From the human T2T-CHM13v2.0 reference genome, Homo sapiens, in NCBI RefSeq assembly GCF_009914755.1, contig NC_060933.1: 64,000 nucleotides of DNA; one strand, written 5' to 3'. Of this stretch, positions 27,202 through 41,390 are shown piece after piece (positions within the stretch are counted from its first letter, which is position 1; each line of letters starts with the position of its first letter). The notes beneath the pieces were generated by a model. The model saw only the letters and a list, made by a program, of their open reading frames with translations. It made no database searches and had not been told where the DNA came from. A program made the position numbers and the translations under genes.

Positions 27202-28860
27202 TTCCTTTCCATTGCATTACGTATGATTCCATTCCATTTCATTCCATTCCATTCCATTCCCCTGTACTCGGGTTGATTCCATTCCATTCCATTCCAATCC
27301 ATGCCATTCCACTCGTGTTGATTCCATTCTTTCCATTCCATTCAAGTTGAATCCATTCCATTGCATTCCATTCCATTCGATTCCATTCGATTGCACTCGG
27401 GTTGATTCCATGGCATTGCATTCCATTCCATTCCATTCCATTCCTTTCCATTCCATTCCATTCCATTCGGATTCTTTCTATTCAATTCCCTTACACTCCA
27501 TTACATTCCATTCCATTCGGGTAGTTTGCATTCCATTCCATTCCATTCCTCTCCATTCCATTGCACTCGGGTTGATTCCATTCCATTCCATTCCATTCCA
27601 TTCCATTCCATTCCATTCCATTCCGGATGATTCCATTCCATTGAAATCCATTCCATTCCATTCCCCTGCACTTGGGTTGATTCCATTCCATTCCATTCCA
27701 TTCCTTTCTGTTCCATTCCATTCCATTCCATTCCATTCTATTCGTGTTAATTCCATTCCATTCTATTCCATTCCATTCCATTGAAATCGAGTTGATTCCA
27801 TTCCATTCCATTCCATTCCATTCCGGATGATTCCATTGCATTGCATTCCATTCCATTCCATTCCCCTGCACTCTGGTTGATTCCATTCGATTCCATTGCA
27901 TTACATTCCGTTCCATTCCGTTCCATTTCATTCTATTCGGGTTAATTCCATTCCATTGCATTCCACTCCATTCCAGTCCTTTCCATTCCATTCCACTCGG
28001 GTTGATTCCATTCTATTCCTTTCCATTCCATTCCATTCCATTGCAATCGATATGATTCCATTCGAGTTGAATCCATTCCATTCTATTCCATTCCATTGCA
28101 CACGGGTTCATTCCATTCCATTCCATTCCATTCCATTGCATTCCATTCCATTTCATTCCATTCCATTCTATTCCGTACCATTCCATTCCATCCCATTCCA
28201 TTCCGTTCCATTGCATGCCATTACACTCGGGTTGATTCCATTCCTTTCCATTCCATTCTTGTTGAATCCATTCCATTCCATTCCATTCCATTCGAGTCCA
28301 TTCCATTGCACTCGGGTTGATTCCATTCCATTCCATTACATTCCATTTCATTCCATTCCATTCCATTACATTCGGATTGACTCTATTCAATTCCCTTACA
28401 CTCCATTACATTCCATTCCATTCGGGATGTTTCCATTCCATTCCATTCCATTCCATTCCACTCCATTCCATTGCATCAGGTTGATGGCATTCCATTCCAT
28501 TCCATTCCATTCCGGATGATTCCATTCCGTTGCATTCCATTCCATTCCGTTCCCCTGCAGTCGGGTTGATTCCATTCCATTCCATTCCATTCCATTCCAT
28601 TCCGTTCCATTCCATTCCATTCCATTCTATTCTGGTTAATTCCATTCCATTAAATTCGATTCCATTCCATTCCCTTCCATTCCATTGCAATCGAGTTGAT
28701 TCCATTCCATTCCATTCCATTCCGTTCCGGATGATTCCATTCCATTCCATTCCATTCCATTCCATTCCATTCCATTCCCCTGCAGTCGGGTTGATTGCAT
28801 TCCATTCCATTCCATTCCATTCCGTTCCGTTCCGTTCCATTCCATTCCATTCCATTCTAT
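27110..28860 (+). repeat. Older, diverged copy of a ~1.77-kb unit (homologous to ~22710-24480 and ~25340-27110)
   Basis: ORFs 25444..25683 and 27217..27456 are identical at offset 1773. Shared private variants ctgtgcgggttaa, cattacgtatgatt, ccatggcattgc and catcaggttgatggc. Confidence 0.85.
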
Positions 28861-31800
28861 TCGGGTTAATTCCATTCCATTCCATTCCATTCCATTCCAT
28901 TCCATTCCATTCCATTCCAATCGAGTTGATTCCATTCCATTCCATTCCATTCCATGCCATTCCACTCCATTCCAGTCCTTTCCATTCCATTACACTCGTG
29001 TTGATTCCATGCTATTCCTTTCCATTCCATTCCATTCCATTCCATTCCAATCCATTCCATTCCATTCCATTCCATTTCGTTCCATTCCATTCTATTCCGT
29101 ACCTTTCCATTCCATTCCATTCCATTGCATTCCATGCCATTCCACTCGGGTTGATTCCATTGCTTTCCATTCCATTTGGGTTGAATCTAATCCATTCCAT
29201 TCCATTCCATTCCATTCCATTCCATTGCACTAGGTTTGATTCCATTTCACAGCATTCCATTCCATTCCATTCCATTAAATTCCATTCCACTCGGGTTGAT
29301 TCCATTCCTTTCCATTCCATTCGTGTTGAATCCATTCCATTCCATTCCATTACTTTCGATTCCATTCCATTGCACTAGGGTTGAACCCATTCCATTGGAT
29401 TCCATTCCATTCCATTGCATTCCATTCCGTTCCATTCCATTCCATTACATTCGTATTGATTCTATTCACTTCCCTTACACTCCATTCCATTCCATTTCAT
29501 TCGGGTTGTTTCCATTCCATTCCATTCCATTCCACTCCAGTCCATTGCAATCGGGTTGATTCCATTCCATTCCATTCCATTCCATTCCGTATGATTCCAT
29601 TCCATTGCATTCCATTCCATTCCATTCCCCTGCACTCGGGTGGATTCCATTCTATTCCATTCCATTCCATTCCACTCTATTCCATTCCATTCCATTCCAT
29701 TCCATTCCATTCCATTCCATTCCATTCCATTCTATTCGGGTTAATTTCATTCCATTCCATTCCATTCCATTCCATTGCATTCCATTCCATTCCATTGAAA
29801 TCGAGTTGATTCCATTTCATTCCATTCCATTCCATTCCATTCCATTCCATTGCATTCTATTCCGGTTAATTCCATTCCATTCCATTCCATTCCATTCCCT
29901 TCCATTCCATTCCATTCCATTCTATTAGGGTTAATTCCATTCCATTCCATTCCATTACATTCCATTGCAATCGAGTTGATTCCATTCCATTCCATTCCAT
30001 TCCATTCAATTCCGGATGATTGCATTCCATTGCCTTCCATTCCATTCCATTCCCCTGCACTCGGGTTGATTCCATTCCATTCCTTTCCATTCCATTCCAT
30101 TCCATTCCATTTCGTTTCATTCCGTTCTATTCCGTACCACTCCATTCCATTCCATTCCATTTCATTCCATTCCATTCCATGCCATTCCACTCGGGTTGAT
30201 TCCATTCCTTTCCATTCCATTCGACTTGAATCCATTCCATTCCATTCCATTCCATTCCATTCGATTCCATTCCATTGCACACGGGTTCATTCCATTCCAT
30301 TCCATTCCATTCCATTCCATTCCATTCCATTCCATTCCATTCCACTCGGGATGATTCCATTCCTTTCCATTCCATTCGGGTTGAAACCATTCCATTCCAT
30401 TCCATTCCTTTCGATTCCATTCCATTACACTCGGGTTGATCCCATTCCATTGCATTGCATTCCATTCCATTGCATTCCATTCCGTTCCATTCCATTCCAT
30501 TACATTCGTATTTATTCTATTCAATTCCCTTACACTCCATTACATTCCATTCCATTCGGGTTGTTTCCATTCCATTCCATTCCATTCCACTCCATTCCAT
30601 TGCAATCGGGTTGATTCCATTCCATTCCATTCCATTCCATTCCGTTCCATTCCATTCCATTCCATTCTGTTCAGGTTAATTCCATTCCATTCCATTCCCT
30701 TCCATTCCATTCCATTCCATTCCATTCCATTCCATCCCATTGCAATCGAGTTGATTCCATTGCATTCCATTCCATTCCATTCCATTCCATTGCATTCCAT
30801 TCCATTCCATTCCATTCCATTCCATTGCATTCCATTCCATTCCATTCCCCTGCACTCAGATTGATTCCATTCCATCCCATTCCATTCCATTCCGTTCCAT
30901 TCCATTCCATTCCATTCTATTCGCGTTAATTCCATTCCATTCCATTACATTCCATTGCAATCGAGTTGATTCCATTCCATACCGTTCCATTCCATTCCAT
31001 TCCATTCCATTTCGTTCCATTCCATTCTATTCCGTACCATTCCATTCCATTCCATTCCATTCCATTCCATTCCATTCCATGCCATTCCACTCGGGTTGAT
31101 TCTATTGCTGTCCATTCCATTTGGGTTGAATCCAATCCATTCCATTCCATTCCATTCCATTCCATTCCATTCCATTGCACTAGGTTTGAATCCATTCCAC
31201 TGCATTCCATTCCATTCCATTCTGTTCCTTTCCATTCCATTACATTCGGATTGATTGTATTCAATTCCTTACACTCCATTACATTCCATTCCATTCGGGT
31301 TGTTTCCATTCCATTCCATTCCATTCCATTCCATTCCATTCCATTGCACTCAGGTTGATTCCATTCCATTCCATTCCATTCCATTCCATTCCATTCCATT
31401 CCATTTCGTTCCATTCCATTCTATTCCGTACCATTCCATTCCATTCCATTCCATTCCATTCCATTCCATGCCATTCCACTCGGGTTTATTCCATTCCTTT
31501 CCATTCCATTCGGGTTGAATCCATTCCATTCCATTCCATTCCTTTCCATTCCATTCCATTGCACTCGGGTTGATTCCATTCCATTCCCTGCCATTCCATT
31601 TCATTCTATTCCATTCTTTTCCATTCCATTGCATTCCATTCCATTCCATTCCATTCCATTCCATTACATTCGGATTTTTGTATTCAATTCCCTTACACTC
31701 CATTACATTCCATTCCATTCGTGTTGTTTCCGTTCCATTACATTCCCTTCCACTCCATTCCATTGCACTCAGCTTGATTCCATTCCATTCCATTCCATTC

Positions 31801-33180
31801 CATTCCATTCCATTTCGTTCCATTCCATTCTATTCCCTACCATTCCATTCCATTCCATTCCATGCCAATCCACTCGGGTTGATTCCATTCCTTTCCATTC
31901 CATTCGGGTTGAATCCATTCCATTCCATTCCATTCCATTCCATTCCATTCCATTCCATTCCATTCCATTCCCCTGCAATCGGGTGGATTCCATTCTATTC
32001 CGTACTATTCCTTTCCATTCCATTCCATTCCATTCCATGCCATGCCATTCCACTCGGGTTGATTCCATTCCTTTCCATTCCATTCTAGTTGAATCCATTG
32101 CATTGCCTTCCATTCCATTCGATTCCATTCAATTGCACACGGGTTCATTCCATTCCATTCCATTCCATTCCATTCCATTTCGTTCCATTCCATTCTATTC
32201 CGTACCATTCCCTTCCATTCAATTCCATTCCACTCCATTCCATGCCATTCCACTCGGGTTTATTCCATTCCATTCCATTGCATTCCATTCCATTTCATTC
32301 CATTCCATTCCATTCCATTCCGTATGATTCCATTCCATTGCATTCCATTCCATTCCATTCCACTGCACTCGGTTGGATTCCATTCTATTCCATTCCATTC
32401 CATTCCATTCCATTCCATTCCATTCCATTCCATTCCATTCTATTCGGGTTAATTTCATTCCATTCCCTTCCATTCCATTCCATTCCATTCCATTCCATTC
32501 CATTGAAATCGAGTTGATTCCATTCCATTCCATTCCATTCCATTCCATTCCATTCCATTCTATTCGTGTTAATTCCATTCCATTCCATTCCATTCCATTC
32601 CCTTCCATTCCATTCCATTCCATTCCATTACATTACATTCCATTCTATTAGGGTTAATTCCATTCCATTCCATTCCATTCCATTCCATTCCATTCCATTC
32701 CACTCCATTCCATGCCATTCCACTCGGGTTTATTCCATTCCTTTCCATTCCATTCGGGTTGATTCCATTCCATTCCATTCCATTCCATTCCATTCCATTC
32801 CATGCCATTGCACTCCGTTTGATTCCATTCCTTTCCATTCCATTCGAATTTAACCCATTCCATTCCCTTCCATTCCATTCCATTCCATTCCATTCCATTG
32901 CTCACGGGTCCATTCCATTCCATTCCATTCCATTCCATTCCATTTCGTTCCATTCCATTCTACTCTGTACCATTCCATTCCATTCCATTCCATTCCATTC
33001 CCTTCCATGCCATTTCACTCGGGTTTATTCCATTCCTTTCCATTCCATTCGGGTTGAATCCATTGCATTCCATTCCATTCCATTCCATTGCGCTCGGGTT
33101 GATTCCATTCCATTCTATGCCATTCCATTTCATTCCGTTCCATTCCATTCCATTCCTTTCCATTCCTTTCCTTTCAATTC

Positions 33181-34100
33181 CATTCCATTACATTCGGATT
33201 GATTCTTTTTAATTCCCTTACACTCCATTACATTCCATTCCATTCGGGTACTTTCCATTCCATTCCATTCCATTCCACTGCATTCTATTGCACTCGGGTC
33301 GATTGATTCCATTCCATTGCATTCCATCCCATTCCATTCCCCTGCACTCGGGTTGATCCCATTCCATTGCATTCCATTCCATTCCATTCCATTTCATTCC
33401 GTTCCATTCCATTCTATTCCATTCTGTTCAGGTTAATTCCATTCCATTCCATTCCCTTCCATTCCGTTCCATTCCATTCCATTCCATTCTGTTCAGGTTA
33501 ATTCCATTCCATTCCATTCCCTTCCATTCCATTCCATTCCATTCCATCCCATTGCAATCTAGTTGATTCCATTGCATTCCATTCCATTCCATTCCATTCC
33601 ATTCCATTGCATTCCTTTCCATTCCATTCCCCTGCACTCAGATTGATTCCATTCCATCCCATTCCATTCCATTCCGTTCCATTACATTCCATTCCATTCT
33701 ATTCGCGTTAATTCCATTCCATTCCATTCCATTACTTTCCATTGCAATCGAGTTGATTCCATTCCATTCCGTTCCATTCCATTCCATTCCATTCCATTTC
33801 GTTCCATTCCATTCTATTCTGTACCATTCCATTCCATTCCATTCCATTCCATGCCATTCCACTCGGGTTGATTCCATTGCTTTCCATTCCATTTGGGTTG
33901 AATCCAATCCCTTCCATTCCATTCCATTCCATTCCATTCCATTCCATTCCATTGCACTAGGTTTGATTCCATTCCACTGCATTCCATTCCATTCCATTCC
34001 GTTCCATTCCATTACATTACATTCGGATTGATTGTATTCAATTCCCTTACACTCCATTACATTCCATTCCATTCGTGTTGTTTCCATTCCATTCCATTCC
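33181..34100 (+). repeat. Left arm of an imperfect inverted repeat flanking the breakpoint
   Basis: Its reverse complement is colinear, module by module, with 34190-35130 (e.g. 34071-34080 with 34210-34219; ctaggtttg ~33957 with caaacctag ~34325; cgcgttaa ~33704 with ttaacgcg ~34604; tctttttaattccc ~33204 with gggaattaaaaaga ~35093). Confidence 0.88.
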
Positions 34101-34110
34101 GTGTGCAATG
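34095..34110. other. Strand-switch (inversion) breakpoint inside the satellite array
   Basis: Sequence reads ...attccattcc|gtgtgcaatggaatgg...: CATTC repeats end at 34100 and GAATG repeats follow, with no non-satellite insert. Confidence 0.96.
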
Positions 34111-34189
34111 GAATGGAATGGAATGGAATGGTACGGAATAGAATAGAATGGAACGAAATGGAACGAAATGGAATGGAATGGAATGGAAT

Positions 34190-35130
34190 GGAATGGAATG
34201 GAATGGAAACAACCCGAATGGAATGGAATGTAATGGAGTGTAAGGGAATTGAATACAATCAATCCGAATGTAATGGAATGGAATGGAACGGAATGGAATG
34301 GAATGGAATGCAGTGGAATGGAATCAAACCTAGTGCAATGGAATGGAATGGAACGGAATGGAATGGAATGGAATGGAATGGAATGGAATGGAATGGAATG
34401 GATTGGATTCAACCCAAATGGAATGGAAAGCAATGGAATCAACCAGAGTGGAATGGCATGGAATGGAATGGAATGGAATGGAATGGAATGGTACAGAATA
34501 GAATGGAATGGAATGAAATGGAATGGAATGGAATGGAATGGAACGGAATGGAATGGAATCAACTCGATTGCAATGGAATGCAATGGAATGGAATGGAATG
34601 GAATTAACGCGAATAGAATGGAATGGAATGTAATGGAACGGAATGGAATGGAATGGGATGGAATGGAATCAATCTGAGTGCAGGGGAATGGAATGGAATG
34701 GAATGCAATGGAATGGAATGGAATGGAATGGAATGCAATGGAATCAACTAGATTGCAATGGGATGGAATGGAATGGAATGGAATGGAAGGGAATGGAATG
34801 GAATGGAATTAACCTGAACAGAATGGAATGGAATGGAATGGAACGGAATGGAAGGGAATGGAATGGAATGGAATTAAGCTGAAGAGAATGGAATGGAATG
34901 GAATGGAACGGAATGGAATGGAATGGAATGGAATGGAATGCAATGGAATGGGATCAACCCGAGTGCAGGGGAATGGAATGGAATGGAATGCAATGGAATG
35001 GAATCAATCAACCCGAGTGCAATAGAATGCAGTGGAATGGAATGGAATGGAATGGAAAGTACCAGAATGGAAAGGAATGTAATGGAGTGTAAGGGAATTA
35101 AAAAGAATCAATCCGAATGTAATGGAATGG
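34190..35130 (-). repeat. Right arm of an imperfect inverted repeat flanking the breakpoint
   Basis: Mirror of 33181-34100 with scattered substitutions and pentamer copy-number differences. It is separated from the left arm by a ~90-bp satellite spacer (34101-~34189). Confidence 0.88.
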
Positions 35131-38100
35131 AAGGGAACGTAATGGAATGGAATAGAATGGAATGGAATGGAATGGAATGAAATGGAATGGCATGGAATGG
35201 AATGGAATCAACCCGAGTTCAATGGAATGGAATGGAATGGAATGGAATGGATTCAACCCGAATGGAATGGAAAGGAATGGAATAAACCCGAGTGAAATGG
35301 CATGGAAGGGAATGGAATGGAATGGAATGGTAAGAAATAGAATGGAATGGAACGAAATGGAATGGAATGGAATGGAATGGAATGGAATGTAATGGAATGA
35401 ACCCGTGTGCAATGGAATGGAATGGAATGGAATGGAATGGAATGGAACGGAATGGGTTCAACTAGAATGGAATGGAAAGGAATGGAATCAACCCGAGTGG
35501 AATGGCATGGAATGGAATGGAAAGGAATGGAATGGAATGGAATGGAATGGAATGGAATGGAATGAAATGGAATGGAAGGGAATGGATTGAAATGGAATGG
35601 AATGGAATGGAATCAACCCGAGTGCAATGTAATGGAATTGAATGGAATGGAATGGAATGGAATGGAATGAATTCAACCCGAATGGAATGGAAAGGAATGG
35701 AATAAACCCGAGTGGAATGGCATGGAATGGAGTGGAATGGAATGGAATGGAATACTACGGAAGAGAATGGAATGGAACGAAATGGAATGGAATGGAATGG
35801 AATGGAATGGAATGAACACGTGAGCAATGGAATGGAATGGAATGGAATGGAATGGAATGGAATGGATTCAACTCGAATGGAATGGAAAGGAATGGAATCA
35901 ACCCGAGTGGAATGGCATGGAATGGAATGGAATGGAATGGAATGGAACGGAATGGAATGGAATCAACTCGATTGCAAAGGAATGTAATGGAATGGAATGG
36001 AACGGAATTAACGCAAATAGAATGGAATGGAAAGGAATGGAACGGAATGGAATGGAAAGGAATGGAATGGAATCAATCTGAGTGCAGGGGAATGGAATGG
36101 AATGGAATGCAATGGAATGGAATGGAATGGAATGCAATGGAATCACCTCGATTGCAATGGGATGGAATGGAATGGAATGGAATGGAAGGGAATGGAATGG
36201 AATGGAATTAACCTGAACAGAATGGAATGGAATGGAATGGAATGGAATGCAATGGAATGCAATGGAATGGAATCAATCAACGCGAGTGCAATAGAATGCA
36301 GTGGAATGGAATGGAATGGAATGGAAAGTACCCGAATGGAATGGAATGTAATGGAGTGTAAGGGAATTAAAAAGAATCAATCCGAATGTAATGGAATGGA
36401 ATTGAAAGGAAAGGAATGGAATGGAATGGAATGAAATGGAATGGCATAGAATGGAATGGAATCAACCCGAGCGCAATGGAATGGAATGGAATGGAATGGA
36501 ATGGAATGGAATGGATTCAACCCGAATGGAATGGAAAGGAATGGAATAAACCCGAGTGAAATGGCATGGAAGGGAATGGAATGGAATGGAATGGTACGGA
36601 GTAGAATGGAATGGAACGAAATGGAATGGAATGGAATGGAATGGAATGGAATGGAATGAACCCGTGAGCAATGGAATGGAATGGAATGGAATGGAATGGA
36701 ATGGAATGGAATGGGTTCAATTCGAATGGAATGGAAAGGAATGGAATCAACCTGAGTGCAATGGCATGGAATGGAATGGAATGGAATGGAATGGAATGGA
36801 ATGGAATGGAATGGATTCAACCCAAATGGAATGGAAAGGAATGGAATAAACCCGAGTGGAATGGCATGGAATGGAATGGAATGGAATGGAATGGAATGGA
36901 ATGGAATTAACCCTAATAGAATGGAATGGAATGCAATGGAATGGAATGGAAGGGAATGGAATGGAATGGAATGGAATGGAATTAACCCGAATAGAATGGA
37001 ATGGAATGGAATGGAATGGAATCAACTCGATTTCAATGGAATTGAATGGAATGGAATGGAATGGAATGGAAGGGAATGGAATGGAATGGAATGAAATTAA
37101 CCCGAATAGAATGGAATGGAATGGAATGGAATGGAATGGAATACAATGGAATCCAACCGAGTGCAGGGGAATGGAATGGAATGGAATGCAATGGAATGGA
37201 ATCATACGGAATGGAATGGAATGGAATGGAATGCAATGGAATGGAATGGAATCAGCCCGATTGCAATGGAATGGAGTGGAATGGAGTGGAATGGAATGGA
37301 ATGGAATGGAAACAACCCGAATGGAATGGAATGCAAAGGAATCGAATGGAATCAACCTGAGTGCAGGGGAATGGAATGGAATGGAATGCAATGGAATGTA
37401 ATGGAATGGAATGCAAAGGAATCAACCCGAGTGCAATGTAATGGAATCGAATGGAATGGAATGGAATGGAATGGATTCAACCCGAATGGAATGGAAAGGA
37501 ATGGAATAAACCCGAGTGGAATGGCATGGAGTGGAGTGGAATGGAATGGAATGGAATAGAATGGAATGGTACGGAATAGAATGGAATGGAACGAAATGGA
37601 ATGGAATGGAATGGAATGGAATGGAATCAACCCGAGTGCAGGGGAATGGAATGGAATTGAGGGCAATGGAATGGAATCATACGGAATTGAATGGAATGGA
37701 ATGGAATCAACTCGATTGCAATGGAATGGAATGGAATGGAATGGAATGGAATGGAATGGAATGGAATGGAATGGAATGGAATGCAATGGAATGGAATGGA
37801 ATTAACCAGAATAGAATGGAATGGAATGGAAAGGAAGTAAATGGAATGGAAGGTAATGAACCCGAGTGCAGGGGAATGGAATGGAATGGAATGCAATGGA
37901 ATGGAGTCATCCGGAATGGAACGGAAAGGAATGGAATGGAACCAACCCTTGTGCAATGGAATTGAAAGGAATGGAATGGAATGGAATGGAATGGAATGGA
38001 ATGGAATGGATTCAACCCGAATGGAATGGAAAGGAAGGGAATCAACCCAAGTGGAATGGCATGGAATGGAATGGATTGGAATGGAATGGAATGGAATGCT

Positions 38101-40974
38101 ACCGAATAGAATGGAATAGAACGAAATGGAGTAGAATGGAATGGAATGGAATGCAATCAACACGAGTTCAATGGAATGGAGTGGAATGGATTGGAATGGA
38201 ATGGAAACAACCTGAATGGAATGGAATGAAATGAAGTGTAAGGGAATTGAATACAATCAAACCGAATGTAATGGAATGGAATGGAACGGAATGGAATGGA
38301 ATGGAATGGAATGGAATGCAGTGGAATGGAATCAAACCTAGTGCAATGGAATGGAATGGAATGGAATGGAATGGAATGGATTCAACCCGAATGGAATGAA
38401 AATGAATGGAATAAACCCGAGTGGAATGGCATGGAATGCAAAGGAATGGAATGGAATGGTACGGAATAGAATGGAAAAGAACGAAATGGAATGGAATGGA
38501 ATGGAATGGAATGGAATGGAATGGAATGGAATCAACCCGATTGCAATGTAATGGAATTGAGTGGAATGGAATGGAATGGAATGGATTCAACCCGAATGGA
38601 ATGGAAAGGAATGGATTAAACCCGAGTGGAATGGCATGGAGTGGAGTGGAATGGAATGGAATGGAATGGAATGGAATGGAATGGAATAGAATGGAATCCA
38701 CCCGAGAGCAGGGGAATGGAATGGAATGCAATGCAATGGAATGGAATCATACGGAATGGAATGGATTGGAATGGAATGGAATCAACCCGATTGCAATGGA
38801 ATGGAGTGGAATGGAATGGAATGGAATGGAAACAACCCGAATGGAATGGAATGTAATGGAGTGTAAGGGAATTGAATAGAATCAATACGAATGTAATGGA
38901 ATGGAATGGAACGGAATGGAATGCAATGGAATGGAATGCAATGCAATGGAATGGGATCAACCCGAGTGTAATGGAATGGAATCGAAAGGAATGGAATGGA
39001 ATGGAATGGTTTCAACCCGAATGGAATGGAAAGGAATGGAATCATCCCGAGTGGAATGGAATGGAATGGAATGGAATAGATTGGAATGGAATGGAATGGA
39101 ATGCAATGGAATGGAATGGAATGGAATGGAATGCTGTGGAATGGAATCAAACCTAGTGCAATGGAAAGGAATGGAATTGAATGAATGGAATGGATTGGAT
39201 TCAACCCAAATCGAATGGAAAGCAATGGAATCAACCCGAGTGGAATGGCATGGAATGGAATGGTATGGAATGGAATGGAATGGAATGGAATGGAATCAAT
39301 TCGATTGCAATGGAATGGAATGGAATGGAATGGAATGGAATGGAATGGGTTCAACTCGAATGGAATGGAAAGGAATGGAATCAACCCGAGTGGAATGGCA
39401 TGGAATGGAATGCAATGGAATGGAATGGAATGGAATGGAATGCAATGGAATGGAATGGAATGCAATGGAATCAACCCGATTGCTATGTAATGGAATTGAA
39501 TGGAATGGAATGGAATGGAATGGAATGGATTCAACCCGAATGGAATGGAAAGGAATGGAATAAACCCGAGTGGAATGGCATGGAATGGAGTGGAATGGAA
39601 TGGAATGGAATGGAATGGAATGGAATGGTACGGAATAGAATGGAATGGAACGAAATGGAATGGAATGTAATGTAATGGAATGGAATGGAATGAACCCGTG
39701 TGCAATGGAATGGAATGGAAAGGAATGGAATGGAATGGAATGAACCCGTGTGCAATGGAATGGAATGGAATGGAATGGAATGCAATGGAATGGAATCAAT
39801 CAACCCGAGTGCAATAGAATGCAGTGGAATGGAATGGAATGGAATGGAAAGTACCCGAATGGAATGGAATGTAATGGAGTGTAAGGGAATTAAAAAGAAT
39901 CAATACGAATGTAATTGAATGGAATGGAACGGAATAGAATGGAATGGAATGGAATGGAATGGAATGAAATGGAATGGCATGGAATGGAATGGAATCAACC
40001 CGAGTGCAATGGAATGGAATCGAATGGAATGGAAGGGAATGGAATGGATTGAACCCGAATGGAATGGAAAGGAATGGAATAAACCCGAGTGGAATGGCAT
40101 GGAATGGAATGGAATGGAATGGAATGGTACGGAATAGAATGGAATGGAACGAAATGGAATGGAATGGAATGGAATGGAATGGAATGGAATGAACCCGTGT
40201 GCAATGGAATGGAATCGAATGGAAAGGAATGGAATGGAAAGGATACAACTCGAATGGAATGGAAAGGAATGAAATCAACCCGAGTGGAATGGCATGGACT
40301 GGAATGGAATGGAATGGCATGGAATGGAATGGAATTGAATGCTACGGAATAGAATCGAATGGAACGAAATGGAATGGAATGGAATGGAATGGAATGGAAT
40401 GGAATGGAAACAACCCGAGTGCATGGTAATGGAATGGAATGGAAGGCAATGGAATGGAATCATCCGGAATGGAATGGAATGGAATGAACTCGATTGCAAT
40501 GGAATGGAATGGAATGGAATGGAATGGAATGGAATGGAATTAATCCGGATAGAATCGAATGGAATGGAATGGAATGGAATGGAATGGAATGGAATGGAAG
40601 GGAATGGAATGTAATGGAATGGAATGGAATTAACCCGAATAGAATGGAATGGAACGGAAAGGAAGGTAATGGAATGGAATGTAATCAACTCCAGTGCAGG
40701 GGAATGCAATGGAATGGAATGAAATGGAATGGAGTCATACGGAATGGAAGGGAATGTAATGGAATCAACCAGAGTGCAATGGAATGGAGTGGAATGGAAT
40801 GGAATAGAATGGAAACAACACGAATGGAATAGAATGTAATGGAGTGTAAGGGAATTGAATATAATCAATCCGAATGTAATGGAATGGAACGGAAAGGAAT
40901 GGAATGGAATGGAATGGAATGGAATGGAATGGAATGAAATGGAATGGCATGGAATGGAATGGAATCAACCCGAG

Positions 40975-41390
40975 TTCAATGGAATTGAATGGAATGGAAT
41001 GGAATGGAATGGAATGGAATCAACTCGATTGCAATGGAATGGAATGGAATGGGATGGAATGGAATGGAATGGAATGGAATGGAATTAACCCTAATAGAAT
41101 GGAATGGAATGGAATGGAATGGAATGGAATAGAATGGAATGGAAGGGAATGGAATGGAATGGAATGGAATGGAATTAACCCGATTTCAATGGAATTGAAT
41201 GGAATGGAATGGAATGGAATGGAATGGAATCAACTCGATTGCAATGGAATGGAATGGAATGGGATGGAATGGAATGGAATGGAATGGAATGGAATTAACC
41301 CTAATAGAATGGAATGGAATGGAATGGAATGGAATAGAATGGAATGGAAGGGAATGGAATGGAATGGAATGGAATGGAATTAACCCGAAT
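40975..41390 (-). repeat. ~210-bp tandem duplication
   Basis: caactcgattgcaat...gggatgg...ttaaccctaatag occurs at 41021 and 41231. Confidence 0.75.

Larger units (their letters stand above)
1..29030 (+). repeat. HSat3 sub-type A block (left)
   Basis: Diagnostic modules TTCAACTCCCTTACTCTCC, CCCCTGCACTCGCGTTG, ATTCCGGAAGATTCC, CATTCTTTCCATTCCATTCAAGTTG, CGAATACATTCCCTC and CCAGTCCTTTCC. The boundary is approximate. Confidence 0.7.
1..34100 (+). repeat. Human Satellite III (HSat3) array, C-rich (CATTC)n strand on +
   Basis: Continuous CCATT pentamers with recurring modules ACTCGGGTTG (reverse complement of the SatIII CAACCCGAGT motif), TGCAATCGAGTTG, CCGGATGATT and ATTCGGGTTAATT. It lacks the CATTCGATTC-dominated pattern of HSat2. 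Confidence 0.97.

Noticed and set aside
33638-34607. ORFs that change from FHSIP to MEWNG composition midway (33638..34258 on -, 34032..34607 on +)
   Set aside because: They simply cross the strand-switch breakpoint. They are useful as a marker of the palindrome but are not fusion proteins.
33181-35130. Palindrome as a sequencing fold-back chimera
   Set aside because: The arms differ by many substitutions and pentamer counts, and the flanks diverge in module order. A chimera would give essentially identical arms. Read-level confirmation is still advisable.
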